A stretch of 57,419 bases of DNA, counting the filler, from Sphacelaria rigidula (taxonomy: Eukaryota): assembly GCA_964200075.2 (NCBI GenBank). It is 5 parts of 5 records of this genome, joined end to end, with 100 filler letters (N's around TTAATTAATTAA, not from the genome) between each part and the next. Parts side by side here need not be neighbours in the genome. Positions count along the whole stretch, not along the records: positions 11,508 to 22,911 come from CAXNAA020004956.1; positions 23,012 to 34,415 come from CAXNAA020004957.1; 3 more parts are not named here. One strand, 5' to 3'. The notes under the pieces were generated by a model. It made no database searches. It worked only from the letters and a program-made list of their open reading frames with translations, and had not been told where the DNA came from. Positions 11,735 through 24,489 of the stretch are shown here, piece after piece. The position numbers were made by a program, and so were the translations under genes. Position 1 is the stretch's first letter; every line of letters begins with the position of its first letter.

Positions 11735-11930
11735 ATTGAATTGAAATGGGAAAAGCCGACTACAGGGAACAGCTGGGAATTCCCACGCTTGGGTTCGTTC
11801 ACGCCAATGTCGCCCGTATGAGGCGCTTCATGTAGCCTCATTCCAAATATCAGGCGCTGTATGTCCATTTTTTCCGTGGCACTTCTAGGCTGGGTTTCGG
11901 GGGGGGGGGGCTATCGTAGAAAGTGTCCAG
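11735..11930. mobile_element. MITE family V, right part
   Basis: Core matches 7045-7232. Ends ctatcgtagaaagtgtccag|TA. Confidence 0.75.
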
Positions 11931-12320
11931 TACAAAAACAGCACACACGCACATTGTTCAAGGCACGCACTCGTTTCGCTTGCTCGTGACGGGTGTACTT
12001 TTGCCTCGCTATTATTTGCTGCTGTTTTCGATAGAGCGCAATGGTGGTTATCAAATATGACCTGCGATCTGTGACCGTGTTCTCGCTTCGATAAATATTG
12101 CTATTTTTGATAAGGAGAATCTTGGTCATGAGAGTCTGTAACTCAGGCACAGGCTAACTTCCATATCCGATGCGAAGACCAACTGTATCATTGGGCTCAA
12201 GTGTAGCGGTCGTCGCTGAGGCTGACCACGTCGTCAATATTTTCGGAAAGTTCACCCTGATTTCCTCATCACTTTATTTTTCCCCCAAGAGAGAGGGTTG
12301 CTACCGTACTTTGCATGACG

Positions 12321-13305
12321 GAGTGATGCTACAGTAGGGGGGGCACACATATTTTCTGAAGTTAGAATTGTGAGGACCGCTTTAGCTCAGCTACAACACG
12401 ACTTGTCGAATATGTGAGAGTACGCCAGGATTACTACCAACCTAATGTGCTAGGGATACTCCGAATGAAATGGCAAGCGGGGCCTGACCCATATTCTTGT
12501 GCATCTAGAACCGTGGTTACGAGCTCCCGAACCAGACAAGATATCGTGCAAAAAGTGCACCCCTACCGTGGCATTGCTCGACGGCAAGAACCGTCCGGGA
12601 CCTCTCGTCTTAGACCCGCTTTTATGGCAACGAATTTCGATTTGTACACATATGAGGATTTCAGCCCGTCTACAGGCGATTGTCTGCCGTGGATTGATTT
12701 TTCGGATCCCAGTCCGTTGGGCAATGTTTTTCGGCTGACTGTGAGCAAACCATTTCAATTCTTCAATTATCTGGGCGTTGACTTTCGATACATCACCTCT
12801 CTGCTGAAATCCGGACACTACCGCACCTCCACCAAAATCCGTGGAGATGCGGTAGTGTCCCGATTTGGGCAAAAAGGTGGTGAACCAAAAGGCGACGTCC
12901 AGAGAATCGCAGAATTGATATGGTTTGCTCACCGCTAGCCGAAAAACATTGCCCAACGGACTGGGGCCCAAAAAATCAATCCACGGCAGAAAATCGCCTG
13001 TAGACGGGCTTGAAGCTTCATATTTGTACATCGAGATCCGTCGCCATAAAAGTGGGTCTTCGAGGAATGCGACAGTAGGTCTACCCTTTTTTTCCGCGAG
13101 ATTTTGTCTGGTTCAGGGGCTCCCGACGATTCTAGACGCACAAGAATCCCCGTGTGAAACTTTATTCGGGATATCGCCAGCACGTTGGAGTAGTAACCCT
13201 GGCGTACTCTCGAATATTTTCATAAGTCGTGTTTTGGATGAGATGAAAGACTCCGAACAATTCTAACCTCAAAGAAACCTGTGTACCCTTACCGTAGCAT
13301 CACTC
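12321..13305. mobile_element. 985-bp composite palindrome: MITE X, MITE Y, inverted MITE X
   Basis: X at 12321-12579 and 13062-13305 (TIR gagtgatgctac) flank palindromic Y (~12610-13061, centre ~12835). Confidence 0.85.
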
Positions 13306-13790
13306 TTCATGTGTTCCTCTAATGAGCATGATCTGGCACCCCCGTCGGTTACCTCCGCCTCACCGGGACTTTTCCCTCTCCAACGAACCGTCTAGAAGCT
13401 GTCGATAATATTCGGCCAACTGGAAGTGAGTGATGTCGAAATTACCTTGTATTGCAAGACATCACGTGCTGTATGGCGACATTGTCTCGAGAATTCTCTC
13501 GTCACTGCAAGCGAGCCAACAGTTTTGAGACAAGAGATAAAACAGGATTCCGACTGGATGCCCAACATTCCTCGCTTCACCCAACAGTTCCTCCAAGCTT
13601 CTATTCCTCAGAGGGCAAACGGAAGCACACGATCGAGATAGTGGAGTATATGGCATGTGACTTTGGACTGTCCCGTCGCCATCTCCAACCTGTTCCACCT
13701 CTTGTACATCACCAGGTTGGATCACTTGGGTCTTTGCATGCATTTTTCAAAACAAACTGAGGATATCGATGGAACAGGACACCCACCCAC

Positions 13791-14047
13791 GAGTGGTGCT
13801 ACGGTAGGGCTGTACAAATATTTTCTGAGGTTAGACTTTTTAGGAGCGCTTCATCTCATCTACAACACGAGTTATGAGAATATGTGAGAGTACGCCCGGA
13901 TTACCATTCCAATGTGCCGGGGATATCCCGAATGAATGAGCAAACGAGGATGTCCTGCCCCATATTTATGTGCATCTAGGACCGATAGGAGCCCTCGAAC
14001 CAGGCAAGATTTCGCGCTTCAAGTGCACCCCAACCCTAGCATTGCAC
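13791..14047. mobile_element. MITE family X
   Basis: Colinear with 12321-12579. Confidence 0.85.
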
Positions 14048-15121
14048 CCACCCCAGTCGGTTCTTCGAGATGTAGTGGTGTGTCACCGAAAACAGTTGCA
14101 TTCCCCTTCATGTGCTACCGCGAATCCTACCAAGTCGCAAGATCAGACTCGAGTCACCTGGTACGCGGAACAACCTTTCCGCCAGATTGAGTGTTCAGCA
14201 TCTGAGGGATAGTGAGTTTCACTGGTGAACCTGGCTGGACCTGTTCTTCTACATTCCGTGGTTTGTTCTTTGTGCAACCATGTTGGGTGCTCACGACTGA
14301 CTACACGTCGATATCTTACTCAGGGATATCAAGGGCATCAGTGGCAAGCTACTACCGAAAACGCGTGAGGCCCTGTATACGTGCTGGAGGGGCATTAAGC
14401 AGCGAGTCTGTTCCAGGGATGAATCGACCATTTCTGGAAATCTCGAGTGTCTAGTCTTGCAGCTCAACGAGGCCAATGCAATACAAAATGCCACACGGCA
14501 AAGGTGCTTTCATTCGAGCCGCCTCGCGCCAGGCTCAGCTAAGTATCCCAGAAGGAACACCAGTCCATAAATGAAGCAGCATTTCCGATTTTTTGGTTCT
14601 CCTCACTTGCCATCATAGGATGAACTCTCAAACTGGCGTACAGGTTGTCCCATACCAGTGGGCGAGGAGAGGTACGGTAACAATGGTACTATACCACTCT
14701 GTTGCTACGAACTAAGCCGACAAACACACCGTTTGCCAGCAACACGAACATCCCTGCACCCGTGCCATCATCGAGTCAACACGTCCTGACACCCCTGGCA
14801 CTTCTTTTCATCGTGTGCCTGTGTGTTAGTCCACAAAAAATACCCTGCATCTCATCACTGGCATTGGCAAGCACAACAAGCAGAGAAGAAAAACGCATAC
14901 GGCCGCGATACCCGCGAAGCTTCACACCATTTCTTCCACCTGCCTCCATGCGGGGTCATAATCAGATATATCCTTTTTGAAGAACCCCCTGGGTATCAAT
15001 GCGTTATTTCTTTTTCCCGCAGAGAACTTTTCTTTTCGTTCACCACTCTCTTCTAGCAAAAATATCCTTTGCGTCCACGTCTCTCTTCTTGCAAACCCCT
15101 CCTGTGCTCGTCGGCCTCGTT

Positions 15122-15253
15122 TTAGAACACCTCTTCGAGCCTGGGCATCGGAGGCTTGGCGATGTGGCTAGTCTTGGTGGATACCACCTCGTCGATTATG
15201 CCATACTCTAACGCTTCCTCTGGGGTCATGAAGAAGTCACGGTCGCAGTCCTC
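15122..15253 (-). CDS. clpP: ATP-dependent Clp protease proteolytic subunit, last exon
   Basis: gacag| acceptor, phase 0. Translates EDCDRDFFMTPEEALEYGIIDEVV...EVF*, with the catalytic Asp in DRD. Confidence 0.93.
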   Translation of the reverse strand, partial: EDCDRDFFMTPEEALEYGIIDEVVSTKTSHIAKPPMPRLEEVF

Positions 15254-16159
15254 CTGTCGTGGCGGGTATCGTTGGGAAGAGCAAGCGCGAGCGGGCGCAG
15301 GGAGGGGGAGAAGGGGTATTTGAGCAGAAATATAGTTTTTGGCTGGACTTCCGTCTGCAAACTTCGAACCCTTGGACCGCACGTGATTGTCATCTGTTTA
15401 ACGACTTGCCCTGTCTGTCACTCTTGAAAAACGGCTCCAACGTAAAGCGAAGGAACGGATGACCGGTCAAGGGGTTAACGATGTAGTAATCACATGTCAG
15501 TCAGCCCATGGGCGGTGGCCGTACGCACAACGAGCCACGCCTGCTGGTGATGCCATACTGTACGGCGTGGGCGTAACCATGATCCCGCAACAAGCCAGGC
15601 TTGGGCGTCTGATAAACGACGCATTTTTTTCTCATTCTTCCTACATTTCCCGAAGCACTGGAATTTCCCGACCTGTCCGAGAAAAAATACGACGCTTGAT
15701 TTGTTTTGAGAAATCTGCAATGAGTATCAAGCTGATCTTATGCCTGACCTGGTCAAGAAATCGACTCTCTCATTCGTCGTAGTACAAGTTTCGTTGCTCC
15801 GGAAAATACGGAGATTCCGCAGGGAAAGATATGTACTCATCACCAATGATCCTTGCTGTGGGTAGGGTATCACAGTTGATATGCGTCACAAAATGAACAT
15901 ATCCGTACACATGCAAACCAGGAAGAGACGAACAGGTCACAGAAAGCTTTTCCTCTAGCAGCACGAGCCAGAGGACGCAAGGCACTGCTATGCCCGTGAA
16001 TGAGTCCACATATGCGTGGGCAACAAATAACAACAACAAAAACGCGGAGGATCAATAAGGAATAATGAAGACGTCATGAACTGTTCGGACCTGTGCCGAA
16101 CCTCTGCCGAACACAACACACGCGCCATCCCATGTTATCTAGGTTTAGGATGCGACACC

Positions 16160-16477
16160 TGTAATATCTACGTCGCGTTTTTCAGAGACAGCAAGCGAAC
16201 CGGCCGGTGGAACTTCACAGCCCCTCGCACACACACACTAAACCTAGTCAGTGTGGCTGCGGAGTTGATCAATCCGCCACAGCGCATCTGAAAAGCCCCA
16301 GAACGTTCAGTATACTTTGTGAGTGGTGCAGCGGCTTGCGGAGTGCCGCTGTCTCTGCGGCACGCGTTACGGAATTCCGCGGCCACACTGACTAGTTCTG
16401 GTGCGTGGAAACCGCACGCATCAAACCGCGGTCTAATCCTCTGCTTCGTTGCCGAGAAAACGGCGTTATAGATAGGC
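16160..16477. mobile_element. Foldback/MITE-like element in the clpP intron
   Basis: Inner IR ctagtcagtgtggctgcgga / tccgcggccacactgactag plus an imperfect outer IR. Confidence 0.55.
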
Positions 16478-17036
16478 ACAACAACAACAACACCAGCAGC
16501 AGCTTCTATCCTCCTGCTGTTGTAACCCTGTGGACAGGTGTACAGCAACGGCAGTCACAGGTTTGTTGTAGAATATACTACTAATGGTACATTTTGTATG
16601 AGCGTCGTCGTCATTTCGAGTGACGCGTGTACTTGTGATTGATTCTGATTGGCTCATTTAGGGGTCATTTTTGCTGCATTCGACTGACTGTGTAGTTGGT
16701 CGGTCCATGTTCTCGATATATAGTGCCCAAACTCGGGCCCCATACACGGGCATAACTGTACCTATTGTTACTGCTGCGGAGGGGTCTTCGGCACCCCTGC
16801 GTGACCGGTAGAGCATGGTCCAGGAGCTTAATGATATACATATATATCTAGAGAGAGAGACATGCTCGCGGGAACACTCCAGTCATCACCAGACTCACGG
16901 TGAACCTTTGCCCTACACATCCCACGAGGAAGAGGCGCCTTGCTTTGGCGTATAAAAGAACCTCAAACAACAGGAGTACGACAGCAGGCCTCAGAAAGAA
17001 CTGAAGACGAACCTTCTTTGGCAGCATGAGTACGTA

Positions 17037-17294
17037 CGTGTGTGTGTGTGTGTGTGTGTGTTGTCATCCCATTTATTCTGGGCACCAGTCGACACCTTTC
17101 GGTATATGTGGGCGCATCAGCCGGGGTCACACAGGAGGAAGGTCAACACAGGAGCTTTTTTTTTAATTTGTTTTTCATACGCCACCTTCCTTCGGCGGTG
17201 TTTGCCTTTTTTTGTTTTTATCGCAAGAGGGGTTCCGGGAATCGAACCCCCTACTCAACCATCAGAAGGTTACCAACTGAGCCACCGGGGCGAC
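17037..17294 (-). mobile_element. SINE family B with (CA)n tail
   Basis: Head gtcgccccggtggctcagttgg...GGTTCGATTCC. Body matches 21530-21906. (GT)n on the plus strand. Confidence 0.8.
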
Positions 17295-17514
17295 GTGTTC
17301 GTAGCTCAACGTAATACCACACAACAGATGCATCCACACTACTGCTGTGAATATGTATACTCGAACATGATCGAGCGATTGCATCCAAGAGCCAAAGGCT
17401 CCGTACGTACACGCCATAATGCTGCCACTGTAAATAAATGATGACCAACTTAACCATTACATAGACGGAAGTAAACCCACATGGAGGAGGTGCACTTTGA
17501 TATGTAGTAGATAT

Positions 17515-17965
17515 AGGGTACACGATATACATACGAGCTGGGTCAGCCTGAAAACGGTTCGAGCTCTCAAAGCAATATCTCATCGACACGGACCAGTTGG
17601 GCCGTGATCCGCATATCGTTTCAATCGTCCAATCAAGGGGAAGGTGCCCATCTGCTCACAACTTTGGGCCAATACTTTCTCGTTGATCTAAGCCCATGTC
17701 TAGTAATGCTTACACCGTACGGCGATAGCGTCCACACTAACATCTACATGAAACCCCGAACGATATATTCGGTGGATGATGACGATTTTTTGGTGTGAAC
17801 ATTCCCTGGAGCACGGGGAGACGACAGATACCCTTACCTTCACCTAGTTTGTTATCTATCTCGAGATATGGCGCACATACGTTTCGATACTAAAAGCAAT
17901 GTATTACGAGCAGAGGCACTAGATGCCCTAAATCTGGATATCACGTCTCAGTTTTTGAGAGTTGC
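17515..17965. repeat. Dispersed ~470-bp repeat, copy 2
   Basis: Colinear with 7400-7875. Confidence 0.85.
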
Positions 17966-18629
17966 TCCATGAAATGTCGTATGGAGAACCGCTGGTGCAT
18001 CATACACGAGAATAAAACGGCTTGTTGCCTTTATTTTGTTTTCGTTTTCTTCAATTTTGTTTCTTGTTTTTAGTGGAGTTTCGAGGAGAAATGGACATTG
18101 CTCCTAGGCCTTATCTAAATGCTGTAGCCCAGTTTTTAGAATTGTGATTTGAAACTTAGCATGGAGAGCTGTCAAGGTGTGCCAAACAAAAAACAAAATG
18201 GGCCTTCATTTTTGTTTTCGAGATTACGGCGTTCTCGTGAAAAAATCGTCTTCACCATACTTGAACGCCCTAAGGCTACTTCATATGTATGAAAAAAACG
18301 TTACCAAAAAGCCCGTTTTTCAACATTTTTTTAGAAGTAGCCCTACTTACGTGATTGACGCTATCAACATTCGAAAAGCAGTGTTCATCGTTCTCTACAA
18401 GGCGTGTGAGCATAATTTCAAATTCTGGGACGCGCGAGAGCGATACAACATTCTGCTGTCGTATCGTCGTGTACCGTCCGCACTGTCTGCCCGTACTACC
18501 GTAATATGTTGACCGAGCAATACAGGCTGGGCTGCGTGACACAAGACGAGCAATAAGAACACCAACTTGCTCTACCAAGTGACCGTAGAGCTGACGGTTG
18601 GGCTTTTCCGCCACACCGTAATACTCAAT

Positions 18630-19095
18630 TGTACGGACAGAACGAACAACAGTAGTACAGACAGTGCTGTATTGTATGCATTGACCGTAGTACTATAGTA
18701 CAACAGTAGCACTACAGTATCCAAAGTATTGTGTGCACTGTCAGTACGGTCCTGTATCCACAAGGCTTGGGTGCGTAGGCAGTCTGTACTGCATAGGGAT
18801 GTCTGTTCGCAACACGCTGCATGCACAGACCTGAACTGATCTGCAACCTCGCCACACCGTGGTACTCGATTGTACGGACACCACGGACAACGGCAGAGAC
18901 AGTGCTGTACTGTATGCATTGGATGTACTGCAGTAGTAGCACTACCTATCTCATAGTCTTGTGTGTACTGTCAGTCCGGTCCTGTCTCTACAGGGCTTGG
19001 GTGCGTGGGGCAGTTCGTAAAGCATCGCGCGACGGCTGTTCGCAACACGCTGCCTGCACAGATCTGACCTGAGCTACAATATTGTACGGACCACA
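18630..19095. repeat. Diverged tandem duplication, period ~238 bp
   Basis: acagtgctgta.tgtatgcattg...ctgttcgcaacacgctgc.tgcacaga occurs at ~18661 and ~18899. Confidence 0.8.
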
Positions 19096-19289
19096 TGTAG
19101 ACTGTCCTCTCTGCACAGCACTCGTCGTCGACCCTGCCCTGTGCTGTTCTTATGGGGTAAAGGGCCACCACGCTACTGGCAAGCCAAGGACAATGATGCA
19201 ACGCCAAGCCATCACAGATGCGGTCGTGGGCTGTTGGGTGTGTTCAAAAGCTTCTTCGATAAACATTTTTCGAGAGCCCAAGGTTTTAA

Positions 19290-19515
19290 TAAAATCACGA
19301 TTTTCTGATAACTAAGGGCTGTCATAAAATGTTCACACCCTGGACAACAGAATACACAGTCGAAAGGTGTACTGCGTACAGTATCGACTATTGCGTCTAT
19401 TGCAATGGACGATAGATTCCATACTGCACGCAGTACATTTTTTTACAATAGAATCTTTTGTCCAGGGTTCGAAAATGTCATCAGAAAATTTCTTATCTTA
19501 AAACGCGGTTTCTGA
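19290..19515. mobile_element. Palindromic MITE
   Basis: accctggacaa / ttgtccagggt and tgtactgcgt / acgcagtaca arms around a centre at ~19402. Confidence 0.65.
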
Positions 19516-19711
19516 TCACATAAGAAGTGGGTTTTTGGGCTGTTATCGGAAAACGCGTGTTTTTACACTGGTTTTCTTGTACATAAGAAGTAGCATAAAC
19601 CAGTGGAGAAAATGATAGCCCCTGATCCACTGAGTTTTGTTAATTATGTCCTAGCGAGGGCCCACACAAAGTTTCAATACACAAAAACCAAACCTGGGCC
19701 GATTTTCGAAA

Positions 19712-19974
19712 GGCCAACGGGCCGGCCAATATTTGGAGTTTGAGCAAAACATTTGGTATGGACAACGCATAGGGCATGAATAACAATTACAGAAGCATCA
19801 CAAGTTTTTTCTTGATGAGTTAGGGGCGATAATCAGTTTTCAGATATCAGTGAAATGCCGTCAACTCACGAAAAAAAACGACTGGTGCTTCTATATTTTT
19901 ATTCTTCATGACCTATGCATTGTCCATAAAACATTTGACGCTCCAACTAAACAATATTGGCCGGCGCATTCGCC
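19712..19974. mobile_element. Palindromic MITE
   Basis: gccggccaatatt / aatattggccggc termini, with arms pairing through tatggacaa, catgaa and agaagca. Confidence 0.7.
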
Positions 19975-20339
19975 TGCAAACTTCGAATCCGCCCTCTAGG
20001 CTGGCCCGGTTCGTACGGGGCGTAAAGTAGACCTTCCTTTTCTACATTCATCGACTCTTGAAACCTCCATAGGCGCGCAGGGTTACCGTTTCAATACCCG
20101 TTCGTCGGGAAAAGTACCATATATTGACCACAAACTCGCCGTTGTTGGGTCATCCTTGAAAACCCTTTACAAGGCAAGTACCTTTTACTGTCGCGGCGTA
20201 AGGCCCGCCTTCCTGTACCCGTTCTGTTTCCTTTTCTTCACAGATTCTGCTTGCAAGCTGGCAAGCCTACGATAACTTGCCCGCAGGACTCCGGGTGGAA
20301 CGATTTCAGTACAAACTCCAAGTAAAACCGGCCGTAGAA

Positions 20340-21080
20340 ACCACCTCGCACTTAGGAATCAATTCCGCATATTCTCCATGTATACCAAGTGAAAAAAAGT
20401 ATCAAAAACATCGGGAACTGCAAAGAAGCCGTGTGCACGTGGGAGAATCGAATCGCCGCGAAGGCGGAAGTAGGGGGCCGCAGAACAGACCATGCTGGCA
20501 AGCAAATTACGAGGGGTTGTTGTCGACCGGATAGGGGGTACAGCGGCTTCCACCTACCGCCTTGAAGGACTTCTGGGGCCGCTAAGGGACAAGGTCCCGC
20601 AACCATAGGCAACACTATCATCAGAGGGTTGGCATACGACAGAATTGTGACTGATGCCGCGTGTATGTAAATCAAAATGACAACAGCGGAGCACATCGAG
20701 CACCTGGGAACTCCCACGCTTGGAATCGTCTTCGCCAATGTCGCCCATTTGAGGGGTTCAATGCAGCCTGAAAACCAGCTATCATGCGCTGTATGACCAT
20801 TTTCTCCGAAACAGTTTTGGGGCTGGTTTGAGGGTGGGGGGAGAGGCGCATCGCGGTATCACTGCTCTGCTGTGATAAATCCACGTGTGCTGGTGGTTCT
20901 AGTTCTACCGTAGACATCCATGTGCTCATGTATGAATAACAGCGGGGTACCCGCTTGTGGTGGACCCCTATTTTCAATGACCGGCTGGCCGGCTTGCACA
21001 CGCTCAACAAAGACGAGATCCTTCCAGGAACGATAGGACAAGCCTACCACAAAAACAAAGTACACCATGTGCTCGTGTGC
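20340..21080 (+). pseudogene. Degenerate Copia integrase fragment interrupted by a MITE
   Basis: SPCIPSEKK...RGP...VVVD...IVTD and later NSGVP/LW/HTLNK resemble GAG-pre-integrase and rve motifs. Many frameshifts. Confidence 0.4.
20652..20862. mobile_element. MITE family V core with alternative TIR
   Basis: tgatgccgcg / atcgcggtatcac termini. Core matches 7040-7215. Confidence 0.7.
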
Positions 21081-21211
21081 TGCTGCAAGCCGGCGAGCTC
21101 ATGTACCATACACATCCTGCTTCCTACAATTCTCCCCCGCGACGGTGTTTGCTTGTCGCTATGACCCTCCGAGGGTGGATGGATGCCTGACGTTAGTTGT
21201 CTGCCAAGTAC

Positions 21212-21382
21212 CTGAATTTTGTCGACCGGCTGATCGCAGTACTCTGCCATGTACGAGTTAAGCAGCGAGCGGATGAACAGGATCTCCTTGGCTTGGATCT
21301 CGATATCGGCCGCTTGCCCCTGGGCACCGCCCAGCGGCTGGTGGATCATGATCCGTGCGTTCGGCAAGGATCGGCGCTTACC
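21212..21382 (-). CDS. clpP: ATP-dependent Clp protease proteolytic subunit, penultimate exon
   Basis: Bounded by cccag| and |gtactt, 57 codons, phase 0-0. Translates [35 protein letters not shown]...KIQ with the catalytic His. Upstream exons were not found in this contig. Confidence 0.95.
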
Positions 21383-21529
21383 CTGGGCATGTCAAGACAA
21401 ACGTAGACACACACACATATTGAGCGGAGATGGACATTACTGAAGATATGCACCATGAACGAGACAAGAAATCCGATAGACGAACACAGGAGAAAAACGC
21501 TGAGTACAGAGGACATGAACTGTCAAGAT

Positions 21530-21906
21530 GTGTGTGTGTTATCATCCCATCTATTTTGGACGCCAGTCTATACCCTTCGGTATATGTGGGCGCATCAGCC
21601 CGGGTCACATAGGAGGAAGGTCAACACAGTAAGCAGCTTCCCTTTTTTCATCTTGTTTTGGTACTCCACCCTTCTTCTGCAGTGCTTGCCTCATTTTATT
21701 TATCGCGAGAGGGGTTCAGTGCTCCCTTTCCTTCGCCTTCCTCGACACTGAAGTCGACTTTTGTGTACCCGACATGGTCGCTCTCCACTGCTGGCGAGTG
21801 TCTGAGAAGACATCCCAGATCGTGTAACTGCGCCGAGATTTGAACCCACGACCCAACCGTCCGAAGGTTTCTAGGTTACCAAACTGAGCCACCGGGGGCG
21901 ACCGGC
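21530..21906 (-). mobile_element. SINE family B, near full length
   Basis: Head gccggtcgcccccggtggctcagtttgg...GGTTCAAATC and (CA)n tail. Confidence 0.8.
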
Positions 21907-22055
21907 TCAATGCCACAAATAGAACGATGAACGAACGACAAAAAACAAAAAGCTTGCTACGCACTGTAAGTTGGATCCAACATCTACGATAGTGTATGTA
22001 GCACGGTAGCACTCAGACTTCTGTGCATCGTGAAACACAGTGGAGGGGCGGGGGG

Positions 22056-22310
22056 CATATTCATTTGTTGCTTGCTTTTGTCGTTTGATCATTGGCCATG
22101 CTTTCTTTTCGAGACGGAGCACCCCTCCTGTTCCTAAATGAGACACGTCCGACATTCCGTTGCTCATTACGTTCGTTCCATACATTACAGGCACCTTTTA
22201 CATATCTTATCCCCGCTTTGCTTCGCCTTCTGCGGCAACCATTTATCTCCTAGCATAGCCGTCGCTTTTTCCGAGTCCACATTCTGCCAATATATGAGCT
22301 CTAGTGCTCA
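22056..22310 (-). mobile_element. LINE 3' fragment (ORF C-terminus and oligo-C end)
   Basis: Reads ATAMLGDKWLPQKAKQSGDKICK, then after a frameshift NVWNERNE...GAPSRK...TKASNK*. The same terminus recurs at 22879, 34516, 35232 and 57398. Confidence 0.7.
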
Positions 22311-22335
22311 ATCACAGGGGCGATTCTGCGCATCT

Positions 22336-22865
22336 CAGAACTCGGAAATGGCACCAGGTATATGATTTGTTTTATAATGGTTTAAAACTCTTGTTTACGT
22401 CACCGGCTATGTGTGCTACATACAGAACGCAGCTACACTAGACAGTACACAACATGTAACAGCAGTTCTGGGCTGCAGGACACACTCCAGCGCACACCGG
22501 GACGCAGAGGACGCGCCAGAGCGCAAATCCCGCCCATCATGAAAACCATGAGCGATGTACTCGGCGCAAAAACAAAAAAAGACGACTTTAGCCGGTGCAC
22601 AGCAAACCCATGGTGCTCTCCTGCGTTGCCCGTCTCAGGCTCGCGGCCAGCTTTCATTGTCGATGGCTCGTACTTCACTCGTATTTTTCTCCATCAAAAA
22701 TCGAAATGGGCTCCTTTATTCTTCATCGAAATCCCACGCGAAGTGCGCCATGGTTTCGCCCATGAAAATTGGCCCAAATTCGACGTATTTTTTTAGCTCT
22801 AGTGAAGTAAAATCGTGTCAAACGTGCCTCCGGCACGGAGTCTTCAGCGGGGGCCCCTCTGGCGG
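22336..22865. mobile_element. hAT-type non-autonomous element, left part
   Basis: Starts agaactcggaaatgg and shares the internal tttagctctagtgaag block with 28064-28442. Confidence 0.55.
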
Positions 22866-22878
22866 GGAGGGGGGGGGG

Positions 22879-22911
22879 CGTACTCATTCGTTGCTTGCCT
22901 TAGTCGTTTGA
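22879..22911 (-). mobile_element. LINE 3' terminus at contig end
   Basis: G-run followed by cgtactcattcgttgcttgccttagtcgtttga. Confidence 0.8.
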
Positions 22912-23011
22912 NNNNNNNNNNNNNNNNNNNNNNNNNNNNNNNNNNNNNNNNNNNNTTAATTAATTAANNNNNNNNNNNNNNNNNNNNNNNNNNNNNNNNN
23001 NNNNNNNNNNN
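22912..23011. other. Artificial contig spacer
   Basis: N44-TTAATTAATTAA-N44. Confidence 0.97.
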
Positions 23012-24063
23012 TTTGTGGTGGTTGTTTGTTTTTCGGTTTGGGGGGGGGGGGGGGGGCAAGGGGGGGCAAGTGCACTGGTTGGTTTGTCGTGACATATAAT
23101 ATTGAAAAAAAACTGCCCATCTCTCCCGCCGAGAAACATATTCCATCCCTCAATCCCAATCAATGTGCCATCTGCGACAACGTGCCGTACGGAGTGCATC
23201 ACGCCTGTGTGATGGGTATTTCAAATAGGACTTCCTCGACACCTGCAACGGCCACGCCGTGCGGCCGCGCAGTCGAGAGTTATGCTGCTTGGATAGTCTC
23301 ATCGGAGGCCTTGCCGTGCACGTGGTTCGTCAGGAGGGTAGGGAGTAAGTTTTCGGACATAACCCTCCAAGCCGAAATCGCCCCGAGATGTTGGACTCCG
23401 TCATGTGCGGTAGTAGTCGTGGCTCCGTCCTTTTTGGGCTTCGCTACCGTGAACTTTGGCTCTCCACTCGCCACCGTCATCGTGGTGCGCCAGCATGCGA
23501 GATTTTCGCTAGTAAGACGCCCTGCTTCGGGCGTTGGGGTTCACTTTAAAATCGCAATTTCATGTGCGAAAGGAAGCCATGAGGCACGTTTGTTATGTGA
23601 GGGTTCCATATAACAAATTGTATTTGCATGTGTAACGCGGTACCACATAGTTTAACCGGCCAGCATATTTACAGACACCAAAAAATACTTGCTATCTGGT
23701 CATTAGTTGGTATCATGTTTCAGCAGCGTGGCTGCAAGATCCTGGTTTATGCTTACGCTTCGATCAGCGTGTCCGCTGACGTTGACGCCATCGAGTGGCA
23801 CGTCGATGGGCCGTTGTCAAGCAACGCTCTATACCTCGGGTCATACTTGTATCGCGTTTACATGATACATAGCTGGAGTGAAGGCTATTGGCAGCACGTC
23901 TTCTCAGAAGGGTTTCTGAGTATTTTGTCAATGATGAGAACTCCCCGGCGAGGTCTTCTCGTCACGCTGTTCTTGTCGAATGTGTGGAAGAAAAATATCA
24001 CAAATAGCGTCCCACGGTCGGTACGTTGATTACAGTGCTATTTCTTATGTCCTGTCCCAGGTC

Positions 24064-24489
24064 ACGAGGGTGCCGCGCGGGCTACGGAGATTCACGGTCG
24101 AGACCTAGCTTTACAAAGACGTAGCACTCACCGAGAGATTCACGGCCGACCGGATCGGCAACGCCAGCGGTGGCAATGACACCACTGCCGTCGGCGCTAG
24201 GGATGCGTACAGCTTAAGGCACCGCTGCAGCGCATTAGCACGTAGAATTTGCTCACCAACGCCAGTGACCGGGCGGTCGGGCGGTCACCGGCGTTGGTCA
24301 GCAAATTCTGCGTGTTGATGCGCTGCAGAGGTACTTTGCGCTATACGCATCCCTAGCGCCGACGGCAGTGGTGTCATTGCCACCGCGGGCGTTGCCGATC
24401 CGGTCTGCTGTAAAGCTCTTGGTGAGTGCTACGTGTTTGTGGAGCTAGGTTTCGACCGCGAATCACCGCGCTCTGCGTGGCACCCTCGT
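24064..24489. repeat. Long inverted repeat (hairpin 1, A-A')
   Basis: Arms ~205 bp, loop ~10 nt at 24272-24281, with a 43-bp perfectly paired run at 24167-24209. Confidence 0.95.

Larger units (their letters stand above)
12050..14560 (-). pseudogene. Degenerate hAT (Ac-like) transposase broken by MITE insertions
   Basis: In order along the minus strand: SVCF(E)NACK (DNA motif, one frameshift), TCHILHYLD (CxxHxLD-like), CNTR, then GYGS*PVPELQTLMTKILL (YGxxxPELQxLAxxIL, hAT C-terminal domain). Confidence 0.55.

Noticed and set aside
12414-13266. Mirror-image ORFs of 113-193 aa
   Set aside because: Products of the palindromic MITE composite with no recognisable domain.
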